This document shows, piece by piece, positions 1 through 7,932 of a DNA stretch of 32,000 nt; within the stretch, counting starts at the first letter, position 1; each line of letters begins with the position of its first letter. The DNA is from Nitrosomonas europaea. GTDB taxonomy: Bacteria; Pseudomonadota; Gammaproteobacteria; Burkholderiales; Nitrosomonadaceae. The stretch spans positions 1-32,000 of the forward strand of contig NZ_FUWK01000023.1 in assembly GCF_900167395.1 (NCBI RefSeq), given 5' to 3'. A program made the position numbers and the translations under genes. The notes below the pieces were generated by a model, which was given only the letters and a program-made list of their open reading frames with translations, was not told where the DNA came from and searched no databases.

Positions 1-90
1 ACGATAAAATTACCGAATTGAATAACTGAATCTGATCTAACAGGCACTCGTCAAATCGGGTAACTGTCAGATCAGATCTCAACTACTACA

Positions 91-114
91 AATAATCGAC
101 TAAAGTCGATTATT
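91..114. repeat. Perfect 10-bp inverted repeat AATAATCGAC-TAAA-GTCGATTATT. Possible weak AT-rich intrinsic terminator; function unknown.
   Basis: Read directly: arms at 91-100 and 105-114 are exact reverse complements with a 4-nt loop. It lies in gene-free DNA downstream of the antitoxin gene. Confidence 0.5.
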
Positions 115-315
115 GTTTAGGGTTTGAGCCATTTGACTTTGTTTAATTTCGATATTGTGACCTTTGCCTGTGCGCATCTCCTGTACACGAACAAATACGA
201 TTTTTGACGATACTAGCCGTTTTTTTGTTCTTTCTGTACCGTATGGGGGCTCGTTCTATACGACCTATCGTTAGAGGTGATTATTTTTAATTCGATATCT
301 ACTGAAAACAAGCCG

Positions 316-624
316 CTATAAGGTAATTTCTTTCAGTACATCAGGCCGGCGTTCGGCAATGGTAATTAATGTCCTGGCTGCGCCACTCGGTTGACGGCGA
401 CCTTGTTCCCAATCCTGTAAGGTTCTGATTGATACGCCTAACAGTCTGGCAAAATCAGCCTGTGACAGGCCGGATTTCAGTCGTGCTGCAGTAACAGGGG
501 AAATTTCAACTTTATGAATCCGGCCCGCATGCCCTGATTTCATTTGTACGACGGATTCCAGCAGTTCGGCACCCAGATCGCGCTTGGCATCACGTTCCTT
601 CAATTCTTTTTCGGTCATTGGCAT
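316..624 (-). CDS. XRE/Cro-type helix-turn-helix antitoxin (COG2944-like DNA-binding protein)
   Basis: 102-aa ORF. HTH segment LSQADFARLLGVSIRTLQDWEQGRRQP followed by AARTLITIAERRPDVL, which is typical of small antitoxins paired with RelE/ParE-superfamily toxins. Its start overlaps the stop of the upstream toxin remnant (ATGCCAATGA). Confidence 0.75.
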   Translation of the reverse strand: MPMTEKELKERDAKRDLGAELLESVVQMKSGHAGRIHKVEISPVTAARLKSGLSQADFARLLGVSIRTLQDWEQGRRQPSGAARTLITIAERRPDVLKEITL

Positions 625-722
625 GTTATTTTTTCCTTAATTGCTTTAAGCAGGTGTGCGGGAATGCTTTCATTTTTGTTTTTGGCATAAATCAGTAGTA
701 ACCAGATGATTCTATCTATTTT
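615..722 (-). pseudogene. 5'-truncated RelE/ParE-superfamily toxin remnant (C-terminal ~35 codons only)
   Basis: The minus-strand frame ending at TGA 615-617 reads KIDRIIWLLLIYAKNKNESIPAHLLKAIKEKITCQ*. It is closed upstream by an in-frame TAA at 723-725 and has no start codon. A hydrophobic strand plus the YAKN..IPAH..LK tail matches the C-terminus of the small toxins encoded just upstream of this antitoxin type. Confidence 0.6.
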
Positions 723-741
723 TTATGAGGAACTGCCGGCT

Positions 742-1473
742 TTACGTGTGTCGGTCCGAACGGTTGAGCGTGGTATCGAGCTGATGCAGGCGTTCAGGGG
801 TGCCGATGTCCAACCACAAGCCCGGAAAATATGAGCCGGTGGCTTTCCCGGCAGCAATGGCCTGGCGCAGTAGGGGGGCGAGTTTCTCGGCTCGGCCGGA
901 GGGCACATTTTCGAAAAGTATCGGATGATAGACCCCAATACCACTGAAAGTGAGTTTCTGGCAATCAGGGCGAGCTGATTCAACCAGTTTGCCGGTATCG
1001 TCGTGTAGGAAAAAGTCTCCTTCAGGGTGATGAGGGGGGTTATCCACCAGAATCAGGTGTGCCACCGTGTGTGTCGGGTGTGATTGCATGGATTGCAGAA
1101 CCGGCTGCAGGATAGAGAAATCCATGTCACAGAAAATATCGGCGTTGATGGCAGCAAATGGCTGGTTTTTATCGGGGGTGGTGAGCAGGGGTAATGCGTT
1201 GGCAATTCCGCCCGCAGTTTCCAGTACAAGGGTTTCTGGTGAATAGTGGATATGGAGGCCATAGCGTTTGCCATCCTGCAGTGCAGCTTCGATCATGCTG
1301 CCGAGGTAGGCGTGGTTGATGACCACATTGGTGAAGCCTGCCTGCGCCAGTTTTTCCAGATGGTACTCGATCAACATTTTTCCGCCCACCTGCAGCAGAG
1401 GCTTGGGGCAGGTATCGGTGAGCGGCTGCATGCGCTTTCCCTTGCCTGCAGCCAGTATCATGATTTTGAACAT
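742..1473 (-). CDS. murU: N-acetylmuramate alpha-1-phosphate uridylyltransferase (nucleotidyltransferase, MurU-like)
   Basis: ILAAGKGKRMQPLTDTCPKPLL nucleotidyltransferase loop near the N-terminus, and it sits immediately downstream of amgK. Start is uncertain: TTG 1488, ATG 1473 or ATG 1461. ATG 1473 was chosen. Confidence 0.8.
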   Translation of the reverse strand: MFKIMILAAGKGKRMQPLTDTCPKPLLQVGGKMLIEYHLEKLAQAGFTNVVINHAYLGSMIEAALQDGKRYGLHIHYSPETLVLETAGGIANALPLLTTPDKNQPFAAINADIFCDMDFSILQPVLQSMQSHPTHTVAHLILVDNPPHHPEGDFFLHDDTGKLVESARPDCQKLTFSGIGVYHPILFENVPSGRAEKLAPLLRQAIAAGKATGSYFPGLWLDIGTPERLHQLDTTLNRSDRHT

Positions 1474-1488
1474 CTGTGATGGATTCAA

Positions 1489-2487
1489 TCAGAATGTGTA
1501 GCCGGTTTCAGCCTGCCTGTCTTCCAGTCGATCCAGCAATCGGCTCAATGGATGGAGCTCACTGTAGCGTTCGCAGGTTTGCCGCAGATATTGCATGATT
1601 GCGGGCATGTCTTGCAGGTAGGTGGGCTTGTTATCCCGGTAGCAAAGTCGGGCAAAGATTCCCAGTACCTTGAGATGCCGCTGTACTCCCATCCATTCAA
1701 AATCCCGGTAGAAAATCGAGAAATCGGTTGCAACCGGCAGTCCGGCGTGGCGCGCTTTTTCCCAGTAGCGGATCATCCAGTCCAGTATTTGTGCTTCTTC
1801 CCATTGTATGTAGGCATCTTTGAACAGGGATACCAGATCATAGGTGATGGGCCCCAGAACGGCATCCTGAAAATCGATGATTCCCGGGTTGGGGGTGGAT
1901 ACCATCAGATTGCGGCTGTGGTAGTCTCGGTGTACGAACACTTGCGGTTGTGCGAGATTATTAGCGAGAATCAGGTTGAAAACGGTCTTTAGTGTATTTT
2001 TCTGATCATCGTCCGGCGGGGCGTGCAGGTGTCGTGTCATGTACCAGTCAGGAAAAAGCTCCAGCTCGCGGGAAAGCAGTATCCGGTCGTACTCGGGGAA
2101 TATATTTTTCTGGCTGGCACACTGGATTTTGATCAATGCGTCAATGGCATCCTGGTAAAGCCGGTTGGCATTTTCAGGGGCTGCAGTCAGTGCCTGCAGG
2201 TAAGTGGTGGTGCCGAGGTCGGACAGCAGTAAAAAACCTTGATTCAGGTCTTGTGCGACGATGGCGGGTACATGAACGGATGCACGGGAAAAAATGCTGG
2301 CTGCATGCAAGAACGGCCGGCAGTCTTCCTGCTGTGGCGGAGCATCCATCACGATCAGTGTTTTTCCGGGAAGAGATGCACGAAAATAGCGGCGAAAACT
2401 GGCATCCGCCGAGGCAGGCGACAAAGTGCAGGGCTGATCGGGATAAAGGGCTTTCAGCCAGTATTCCAGAAGTTGCAGACGATCCAT
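1489..2487 (-). CDS. amgK: N-acetylmuramate/N-acetylglucosamine kinase (aminoglycoside-phosphotransferase fold, AmgK-like)
   Basis: Kinase motifs HRDYHSRNLM and IIDFQDA. The homologous part begins at MDRLQLLEYWL (ATG at 2487). The 91 upstream codons of the 423-aa track ORF cross the intergenic region and look spurious. Confidence 0.8.
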   Translation of the reverse strand: MDRLQLLEYWLKALYPDQPCTLSPASADASFRRYFRASLPGKTLIVMDAPPQQEDCRPFLHAASIFSRASVHVPAIVAQDLNQGFLLLSDLGTTTYLQALTAAPENANRLYQDAIDALIKIQCASQKNIFPEYDRILLSRELELFPDWYMTRHLHAPPDDDQKNTLKTVFNLILANNLAQPQVFVHRDYHSRNLMVSTPNPGIIDFQDAVLGPITYDLVSLFKDAYIQWEEAQILDWMIRYWEKARHAGLPVATDFSIFYRDFEWMGVQRHLKVLGIFARLCYRDNKPTYLQDMPAIMQYLRQTCERYSELHPLSRLLDRLEDRQAETGYTF

Positions 2488-2642
2488 CGAAGCTGATTGG
2501 TTAAGGTAGAGGAAGCAGCTTTTATATTGATTGCCGATTGAGGCGGAAGCTGCTGATTTGTGTTTGCCTGTTGATTGAAAATATGAGATTTTATCCCGGA
2601 AGCCGATGATAAGACTTTGAAATTTTAATGGAGAGAGAAGAG

Positions 2643-2939
2643 ATGTTGGATAAAAATGTGTTAAACGAGATCGGCAGCAAGGTAAACGAAATTCTGGCCA
2701 GCAGTCCAGCCAGAGATGTCGAGAAAAATATGCGGGCCATGCTGACCGGTGCCTTTGCACGGCTGGACCTGGTTACACGCGAAGAATTCGATGTGCAGCA
2801 GGAGGTTATTAAACGCACACGTATCAAATTGGCTGAACTGGAAGAAAAAGTACGCAAACTGGAACAACAATTACAGCAGCCGGCAGAAGTGGTTTCATCG
2901 AATGAAACGGGAGATGCCTGTTGCGAAACACAACCGTAA
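2643..2939 (+). CDS. ubiK: Ubiquinone biosynthesis accessory factor UbiK (YqiC/BMFP family coiled-coil protein)
   Basis: RLDLVTREEFDVQQEV signature and a coiled-coil C-terminal half. The ATG at 2643 is preceded by a GGAGAGAGAAGAG purine tract, so it is preferred over the ATG at 2628. Confidence 0.75.
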   Translation: MLDKNVLNEIGSKVNEILASSPARDVEKNMRAMLTGAFARLDLVTREEFDVQQEVIKRTRIKLAELEEKVRKLEQQLQQPAEVVSSNETGDACCETQP

Positions 2940-3016
2940 CGGGTAATAACGGGCGCCAGTTGTGCAGGATGTTGATAAGCGACACTTGTATTTTGTTTGA
3001 GTGATCGATCTTCTCC

Positions 3017-4519
3017 ATGTCACTGGCCATTCTTTACAGCCGTGCATTATGTGGCATGGACGCGCCTCTGGTAACTGTTGAGGTGCATCTTTCCAATGGT
3101 CTTCCAAAATTTACCATTGTTGGTCTCCCTGAGACGGAAGTCAGAGAGAGTAAGGATAGAGTACACGCTGCCATACTGAACGGGCGTTTCAAATTTCCTG
3201 CACGGCGGATTACCGTCAATCTGGCTCCAGCTGATTTACCCAAGGAAAGCGGGCGTTTCGATCTGCCGATCGCCTTGGGTATATTGGCTGCCAGTGGGCA
3301 AATTCCCGCAGACAGGCTGAATCAGTACGAATGGGCGGGAGAATTATCACTCGATGGCCGGCTGCGTCCCATTCGTGGTGCATTGGCCATGACCTACAGT
3401 GCATCCCGTTCAGGTCGCGGTTTCGTGTTGCCGGAACAGAATGCCGGGGAAGCGGCGCTGGTTCAGGAGGCGAAGATTTATCCCGCTACTTCATTGTTGC
3501 AGTTGTGCGCTTATTTGACCGGTCAGAAAGCGTGGGAACCCTACAGTACCAAGCCGAATGATGAGGAAACTGCAGGCAGCTACCCGGATATGGGAGAGGT
3601 CAAAGGCCAGATGCAGGCAAAGCGTGCATTGGAGATTGCGGCAGCAGGTGGTCACAGTGTGCTGATGATCGGGCCGCCAGGTACCGGTAAATCCATGCTG
3701 GCACGGCGTATACCGGGTATTCTGCCGCCCATGACCGGGCAGGAGGCGCTTGAATCGGCTGCCATTCAATCTTTGGGCAGCGGCAGATTCAATTTGACTG
3801 ACTGGAAGCGTCGCCCTTTCCGGGCACCGCATCATACGGCATCTGCGGTAGCACTGGTCGGTGGAGGGGGTATTCCACGTCCGGGTGAGATTTCACTGGC
3901 AATGAATGGTGTTTTATTTCTCGATGAGCTGCCTGAATTTGACCGGCGAGTGCTGGAAGTGCTGCGTGAACCGCTCGAATCCGGTTACATTACCATTTCA
4001 CGAGCTACACAGCGCGCAGATTTTCCGGCCAGATTCCAGCTCATCGCTGCGATGAACCCCTGCCCCTGTGGTTATCTCGGGCATTACGAGGGAAAGTGCC
4101 GTTGTACGCCTGATCAGGTGGCGCGCTATCGCGGCAAAATATCTGGCCCGCTGCTGGATCGTATCGATATTCAGATCGAAGTGCCTGCTTTGCCGAAGGA
4201 AGATTTGTTGCGCCCGGGGCCGGGTGAACCGAGTGCCGTTATCCGGTCAAGGACGACTGTTGCCCGGCAGCGTCAGTTGGATCGTCAAAATGTACCCAAC
4301 ACGGAGCTGAGGGTGCAGGAGATAGAAAAACTTTGTCATCCGGATGCAGAGGGTAAATGCATGCTGGAACGGGCTATGACTCGCCTGAATATGTCGGCAC
4401 GGGCTTATCACAGGATACTGAAACTGGCTCGAACCATTGCGGATTTATCAGGCAGTGAGCCTGTTCTGGGAAAACATGTGGCGGAAGCCATTCAATACCG
4501 CCGTATGGATATAAGCTGA
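3017..4519 (+). CDS. comM: YifB/ComM family Mg-chelatase-like AAA+ ATPase
   Basis: 500 aa. Lon-like N-terminal domain, Walker A GPPGTGKS, Walker B VLFLDELPEF, and a CPCGY..KCRC cysteine cluster. Confidence 0.93.
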   Translation: MSLAILYSRALCGMDAPLVTVEVHLSNGLPKFTIVGLPETEVRESKDRVHAAILNGRFKFPARRITVNLAPADLPKESGRFDLPIALGILAASGQIPADRLNQYEWAGELSLDGRLRPIRGALAMTYSASRSGRGFVLPEQNAGEAALVQEAKIYPATSLLQLCAYLTGQKAWEPYSTKPNDEETAGSYPDMGEVKGQMQAKRALEIAAAGGHSVLMIGPPGTGKSMLARRIPGILPPMTGQEALESAAIQSLGSGRFNLTDWKRRPFRAPHHTASAVALVGGGGIPRPGEISLAMNGVLFLDELPEFDRRVLEVLREPLESGYITISRATQRADFPARFQLIAAMNPCPCGYLGHYEGKCRCTPDQVARYRGKISGPLLDRIDIQIEVPALPKEDLLRPGPGEPSAVIRSRTTVARQRQLDRQNVPNTELRVQEIEKLCHPDAEGKCMLERAMTRLNMSARAYHRILKLARTIADLSGSEPVLGKHVAEAIQYRRMDIS

Positions 4520-4547
4520 TTATCCGGATACGCGCCAGATCAGTATC

Positions 4548-5945
4548 TCAATAGTAATCAGCAGTGCGGGCGCAGTTCTCGAATCTGGTAAATTCTCCCA
4601 GAAAGGTGAGATCGACCTTGCCAATCGGCCCGTTACGCTGCTTGCCTATGATGATTTCTGCGATACCTTTGTCTGGAGTATCCGGGTTGTAAACTTCATC
4701 CCGATAAATAAACAGGATCACATCGGCGTCCTGTTCGATGGCGCCTGATTCACGCAAATCAGACATGATCGGGCGTTTGTTGGGACGTTGTTCGAGGCCA
4801 CGGTTCAACTGTGACAAAGCGATTACGGGAACCTGCAGTTCTTTTGCCAGTGCTTTCAGTGAGCGTGAAATTTCCGAAATTTCGGCAGCACGGTTTTCAC
4901 TGCCGGGTGAGGTGGCTGACATCAGTTGCAGGTAGTCGATAATGATGAGCCCCAGCCCTTCATGTTGCCGGTACAAGCGCCGGGCGCGGGCGCGCAGTTC
5001 CAGAGAGTTTAATCCTGCACTTTCATCGATGAATATCGGTGCATCATTCAGTTTACCCAGTGCGTGGGTAAGCCTCGGCCAGTCATCATCATTCAGTTGG
5101 CCGGTACGCATTTTATGCTGATCCAGTCGGCCGATGGATCCCAGCATACGCATGGCAAGCTGCACACCTCCCATTTCCATGCTGAACACGGCTACCGGTT
5201 TGCTGGTTTCCAGTGCGACATGCTCACCGATATTGAGAGCAAAGGCTGTTTTTCCCATCGAAGGCCGTCCGGCAACAATAATCAGATCGCCGGGCTGGAA
5301 GCCGGAAGTTTTCTGGTCGAGGTCATTGAAACCAGAGGGGATACCGGTGATATCACTGGGATTGCTGCGGTTATAGAGTACTTCGATTCGCTCTACTACC
5401 TGTTTCAGCAGTGGCTGGATATCGACAAATCCCTGTTTGCCATGTGCACTTTGTTCTGCAATCTCAAATATTCTGCTTTCCGCTTCATCCAGCAGATCAC
5501 CTGCTGAGCGGCCTGCCGGGTTGTAGGCCGAGTCAGTGATTTGTGTGCTGACTTGTGCCAGCTTGCGCATGATCGAGCGTTCCCGGACAATTTCTGCGTA
5601 CCGGCGAATGTTGGCTGCAGACGGGGTATTCTGTGCAATGGCACCGATATAGGCCAGCCCTCCTGCATGTTGCAGTTGGGCTGCATTTTCGAGAGATTCG
5701 GCAACGGTAATGACATCTGCCGGTTTGTTCTGCTCTATGAGCCGGGAGATATGCTGGTAAATGAGTTGATGATCCTGACGATAAAAGTCACTTTCGATGA
5801 TGATGTCCGCTACTTTATCCCAGGCCTGATTATCCAGCATGAGCCCGCCCAGGACGGATTGTTCAGCCTCGATAGAGTGTGGCGGAAGTTTATAGATATT
5901 ATCTTCGGCAAGGTTCTGGATAAAGCTGCTGGTGAGTTGATTCAT
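4548..5945 (-). CDS. dnaB: Replicative DNA helicase DnaB
   Basis: 465 aa. Walker A GRPSMGKT, Walker B LIIIDYLQLM, and the typical PPHSIEAEQSVLGG N-terminus. Confidence 0.97.
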   Translation of the reverse strand: MNQLTSSFIQNLAEDNIYKLPPHSIEAEQSVLGGLMLDNQAWDKVADIIIESDFYRQDHQLIYQHISRLIEQNKPADVITVAESLENAAQLQHAGGLAYIGAIAQNTPSAANIRRYAEIVRERSIMRKLAQVSTQITDSAYNPAGRSAGDLLDEAESRIFEIAEQSAHGKQGFVDIQPLLKQVVERIEVLYNRSNPSDITGIPSGFNDLDQKTSGFQPGDLIIVAGRPSMGKTAFALNIGEHVALETSKPVAVFSMEMGGVQLAMRMLGSIGRLDQHKMRTGQLNDDDWPRLTHALGKLNDAPIFIDESAGLNSLELRARARRLYRQHEGLGLIIIDYLQLMSATSPGSENRAAEISEISRSLKALAKELQVPVIALSQLNRGLEQRPNKRPIMSDLRESGAIEQDADVILFIYRDEVYNPDTPDKGIAEIIIGKQRNGPIGKVDLTFLGEFTRFENCARTADYY

Positions 5946-6001
5946 GGGGACGATTAAGGGCTAAGAGCAGAATCAGGATAGTACCATTTTGATGCGGAAA
6001 C

Positions 6002-6035
6002 AAAAAAAGGACCAGAGACAGTCCTTTCTTTGTTT
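6002..6035 (-). terminator. Candidate rho-independent terminator after rplI
   Basis: The minus-strand transcript reads AAAGGAC-TGTCTCTG-GTCCTTT followed by TTTTG, giving a run of 7 T. It starts 18 nt downstream of the rplI stop. The stem is only moderately GC-rich. Confidence 0.55.
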
Positions 6036-6052
6036 GATGCTTACCAGGGATA

Positions 6053-6508
6053 TCAGATTGTCGTTTCGCCCAATACTGATACGGTAATATGTGCCGATAC
6101 TTCGCTGTGAAGTACAACGGTGACTGTATAATCACCTATCTGTTTGATTTGTCCCTCAGGCATGCGAATCATGGATTTTTCAACTGGAAAATCCTGCTTG
6201 CGCAATTCCTCAGTGATATTTGCACTGGTAACCGAACCAAAAAGCTTGCCATCTACTCCTGCTTTCTGGGATATCTGAACGAGCAAGCCATCCAGTCTGG
6301 CTGCTTGTGCGCTGGCAGCTGCTAAAATCTCGGATTGCTTTTTCTCCAGTTCCGCGCGCTGTGCTTCAAACTCGGCAATGACCTTCTCGGTTACTCTTCT
6401 GGCTTTTCCTTGTGGGATCAGATAATTGCGGGCATAGCCCGGTTTGACGTTTACGATACTGCCCAGTGAGCCCAATTTGGCGATTTTTTCCAACAAAATT
6501 ACTTGCAT
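6053..6508 (-). CDS. rplI: 50S ribosomal protein L9
   Basis: [33 protein letters not shown]-terminus. Last gene of the rpsF-priB-rpsR-rplI operon. Confidence 0.97.
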   Translation of the reverse strand: MQVILLEKIAKLGSLGSIVNVKPGYARNYLIPQGKARRVTEKVIAEFEAQRAELEKKQSEILAAASAQAARLDGLLVQISQKAGVDGKLFGSVTSANITEELRKQDFPVEKSMIRMPEGQIKQIGDYTVTVVLHSEVSAHITVSVLGETTI

Positions 6509-6526
6509 GTTGTCTCTCCTGGTTGC

Positions 6527-6805
6527 TTAGTGCTGATCAGTATAAGGTAGCAGTGCAAGAAAGCGGGCGCGCTCGATGGCGAGGTTCAACTGCCGCTGAT
6601 AATATGCACGCGTGCCGGTAATTCTGGCTGGAATGATCCTACCGTTTTCACTGACGAAGTCTTTCAGTAAATCGATATCTTTATAATCGATATGCTTGAT
6701 TCCTTCAGCAGTGAAACGGCAAAATTTCTTGCGTTTGAAAAGAGGCCGGTTTGCCATCCGGTCTTTCATCCTTTTGTCTGCATCCTTGTTTCTTGAGAAT
6801 CTCAT
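6527..6805 (-). CDS. rpsR: 30S ribosomal protein S18
   Basis: [19 protein letters not shown] ... [22 protein letters not shown]. The ~15-aa basic N-terminal extension is usual for betaproteobacterial S18. Confidence 0.95.
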   Translation of the reverse strand: MRFSRNKDADKRMKDRMANRPLFKRKKFCRFTAEGIKHIDYKDIDLLKDFVSENGRIIPARITGTRAYYQRQLNLAIERARFLALLPYTDQH

Positions 6806-6841
6806 ATCGTTTCTCCACTAGTGCGTGTCTGGTATTTTATT

Positions 6842-7123
6842 TCAGATGATCCGGGTGTCACGTACATGTAAAACCAGCTGATTGCTCAAACGGTTTTTTT
6901 TAGCAATGAAACCGGTAATTTCGACGTTACTGCCAGATCCTATACGAATAATTTTTTCAGCTGTTTCTGCTATGGCGATCGCTTCAAATTCAAACTCGAT
7001 TCTACGTTGAATACCTGCTTCCTGCTGATTTGAACAATGACTCAGCTTGAATTCGGCAATCATGAGGCCGGCAGGTGTATAACGAGGTGAAGCCAGATCA
7101 GTGATTGTTCCACTGATAATCAC
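6842..7123 (-). CDS. priB: Primosomal replication protein N (PriB), SSB-like OB fold
   Basis: RYTPAGLMIAEFKLSHCSNQQEAG...VEITGFIAKK pattern, and the conserved position between rpsF and rpsR. Start is uncertain: GTG at 7123 was chosen. The track ORF start (7249) lies inside rpsF and is rejected. Confidence 0.75.
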   Translation of the reverse strand: MIISGTITDLASPRYTPAGLMIAEFKLSHCSNQQEAGIQRRIEFEFEAIAIAETAEKIIRIGSGSNVEITGFIAKKNRLSNQLVLHVRDTRII

Positions 7124-7151
7124 CTGATTCCGGTTGATCGATGATTCCGGA

Positions 7152-7592
7152 TCAGGGTTTGGGATCACTTTCCTCGGTTGTTCGGGTATCTTCGCCGGGA
7201 GAATCAGCCGTTTTTGCTTTGGCTGGAGCAGTATTCTCACTATCCTCATCTGAGGAATGGGGTGGTCTGGATTTTCCTTCCTGCATCATCGGAGAAGGGG
7301 TTGTGATCGGGCCATTCATACGAATGACGAGATGACGAAGGATGGCGTCGTTAAATTTAAAGCTGTGTTCCAGTTCATTCAAGGACTCTTGGTCGCACTC
7401 GATATTCATCAGCACGTAATGTGCTTTATGCAGCTTTTGTATAGGATAGGTTAACTGCCTGCGTCCCCAATCTTCCAGCCTGTGAATTTTTCCGGATCTG
7501 CCAGTGACGATATTGCTGTAGCGCTCAGTCATCGCAGATACTTGCTCACTCTGATCAGGGTGGACAATAAATACGATTTCGTAATGCCTCAT
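7152..7592 (-). CDS. rpsF: 30S ribosomal protein S6
   Basis: [18 protein letters not shown]...[15 protein letters not shown] core plus an acidic C-terminal tail. AAGGAA Shine-Dalgarno sequence upstream. Confidence 0.96.
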   Translation of the reverse strand: MRHYEIVFIVHPDQSEQVSAMTERYSNIVTGRSGKIHRLEDWGRRQLTYPIQKLHKAHYVLMNIECDQESLNELEHSFKFNDAILRHLVIRMNGPITTPSPMMQEGKSRPPHSSDEDSENTAPAKAKTADSPGEDTRTTEESDPKP

Positions 7593-7623
7593 GATTTCCT
7601 TATAGGTAAAGCCTTCTGGTTAC

Positions 7624-7652
7624 ATTAAACAAGTAAGGCAAGGGATTAACAA
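7624..7652 (-). promoter_or_regulatory. Candidate sigma70 promoter of the rpsF operon
   Basis: Minus strand reads TTGTTA, 17-nt spacer, TTTAAT. The -10 element ends about 30 nt upstream of the rpsF ATG. Pattern match only. Confidence 0.3.
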
Positions 7653-7903
7653 ATATGCATGTCATGATGACGATCGCATAAAACGGTCTTCTTTTTTGAA
7701 GATGCCTGGATATCAGGCTGTGTAATTTTACTTGATCGGCGGATAAACTTCAAAAAATTAGATACTTTCTGGAGAGGAGTTATATCTATATGCGTAATAC
7801 TGCCAAAATGCATTTGAGCGTACAGAAGCACTGGTAATCCGGGGATTCCAGAAACTCGAGATAGAAGCCACGAATCAAAAATGATATTGCCCTTTTGCAT
7901 TGA

Positions 7904-7932
7904 TTGACTAGGTAAGGTGATCAAGGTAGAAT
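7904..7932 (+). promoter_or_regulatory. Candidate sigma70 promoter of the atp operon
   Basis: TTGACT (7904-7909), exactly 17 nt of spacer, TAGAAT (7927-7932). About 50 nt upstream of the atpI ATG. Confidence 0.5.

Noticed and set aside
2488-2760. 91-codon N-terminal extension of amgK in the 423-aa track ORF
   Set aside because: Homology to AmgK-type kinases starts at MDRLQLLEYW (ATG at 2487). The extension crosses the divergent promoter region and overlaps the ubiK start on the other strand.
3017-4519. comM as a known genomic-island integration hotspot
   Set aside because: The gene is uninterrupted (500 aa with intact Walker motifs and C-terminus). No foreign DNA is inserted.
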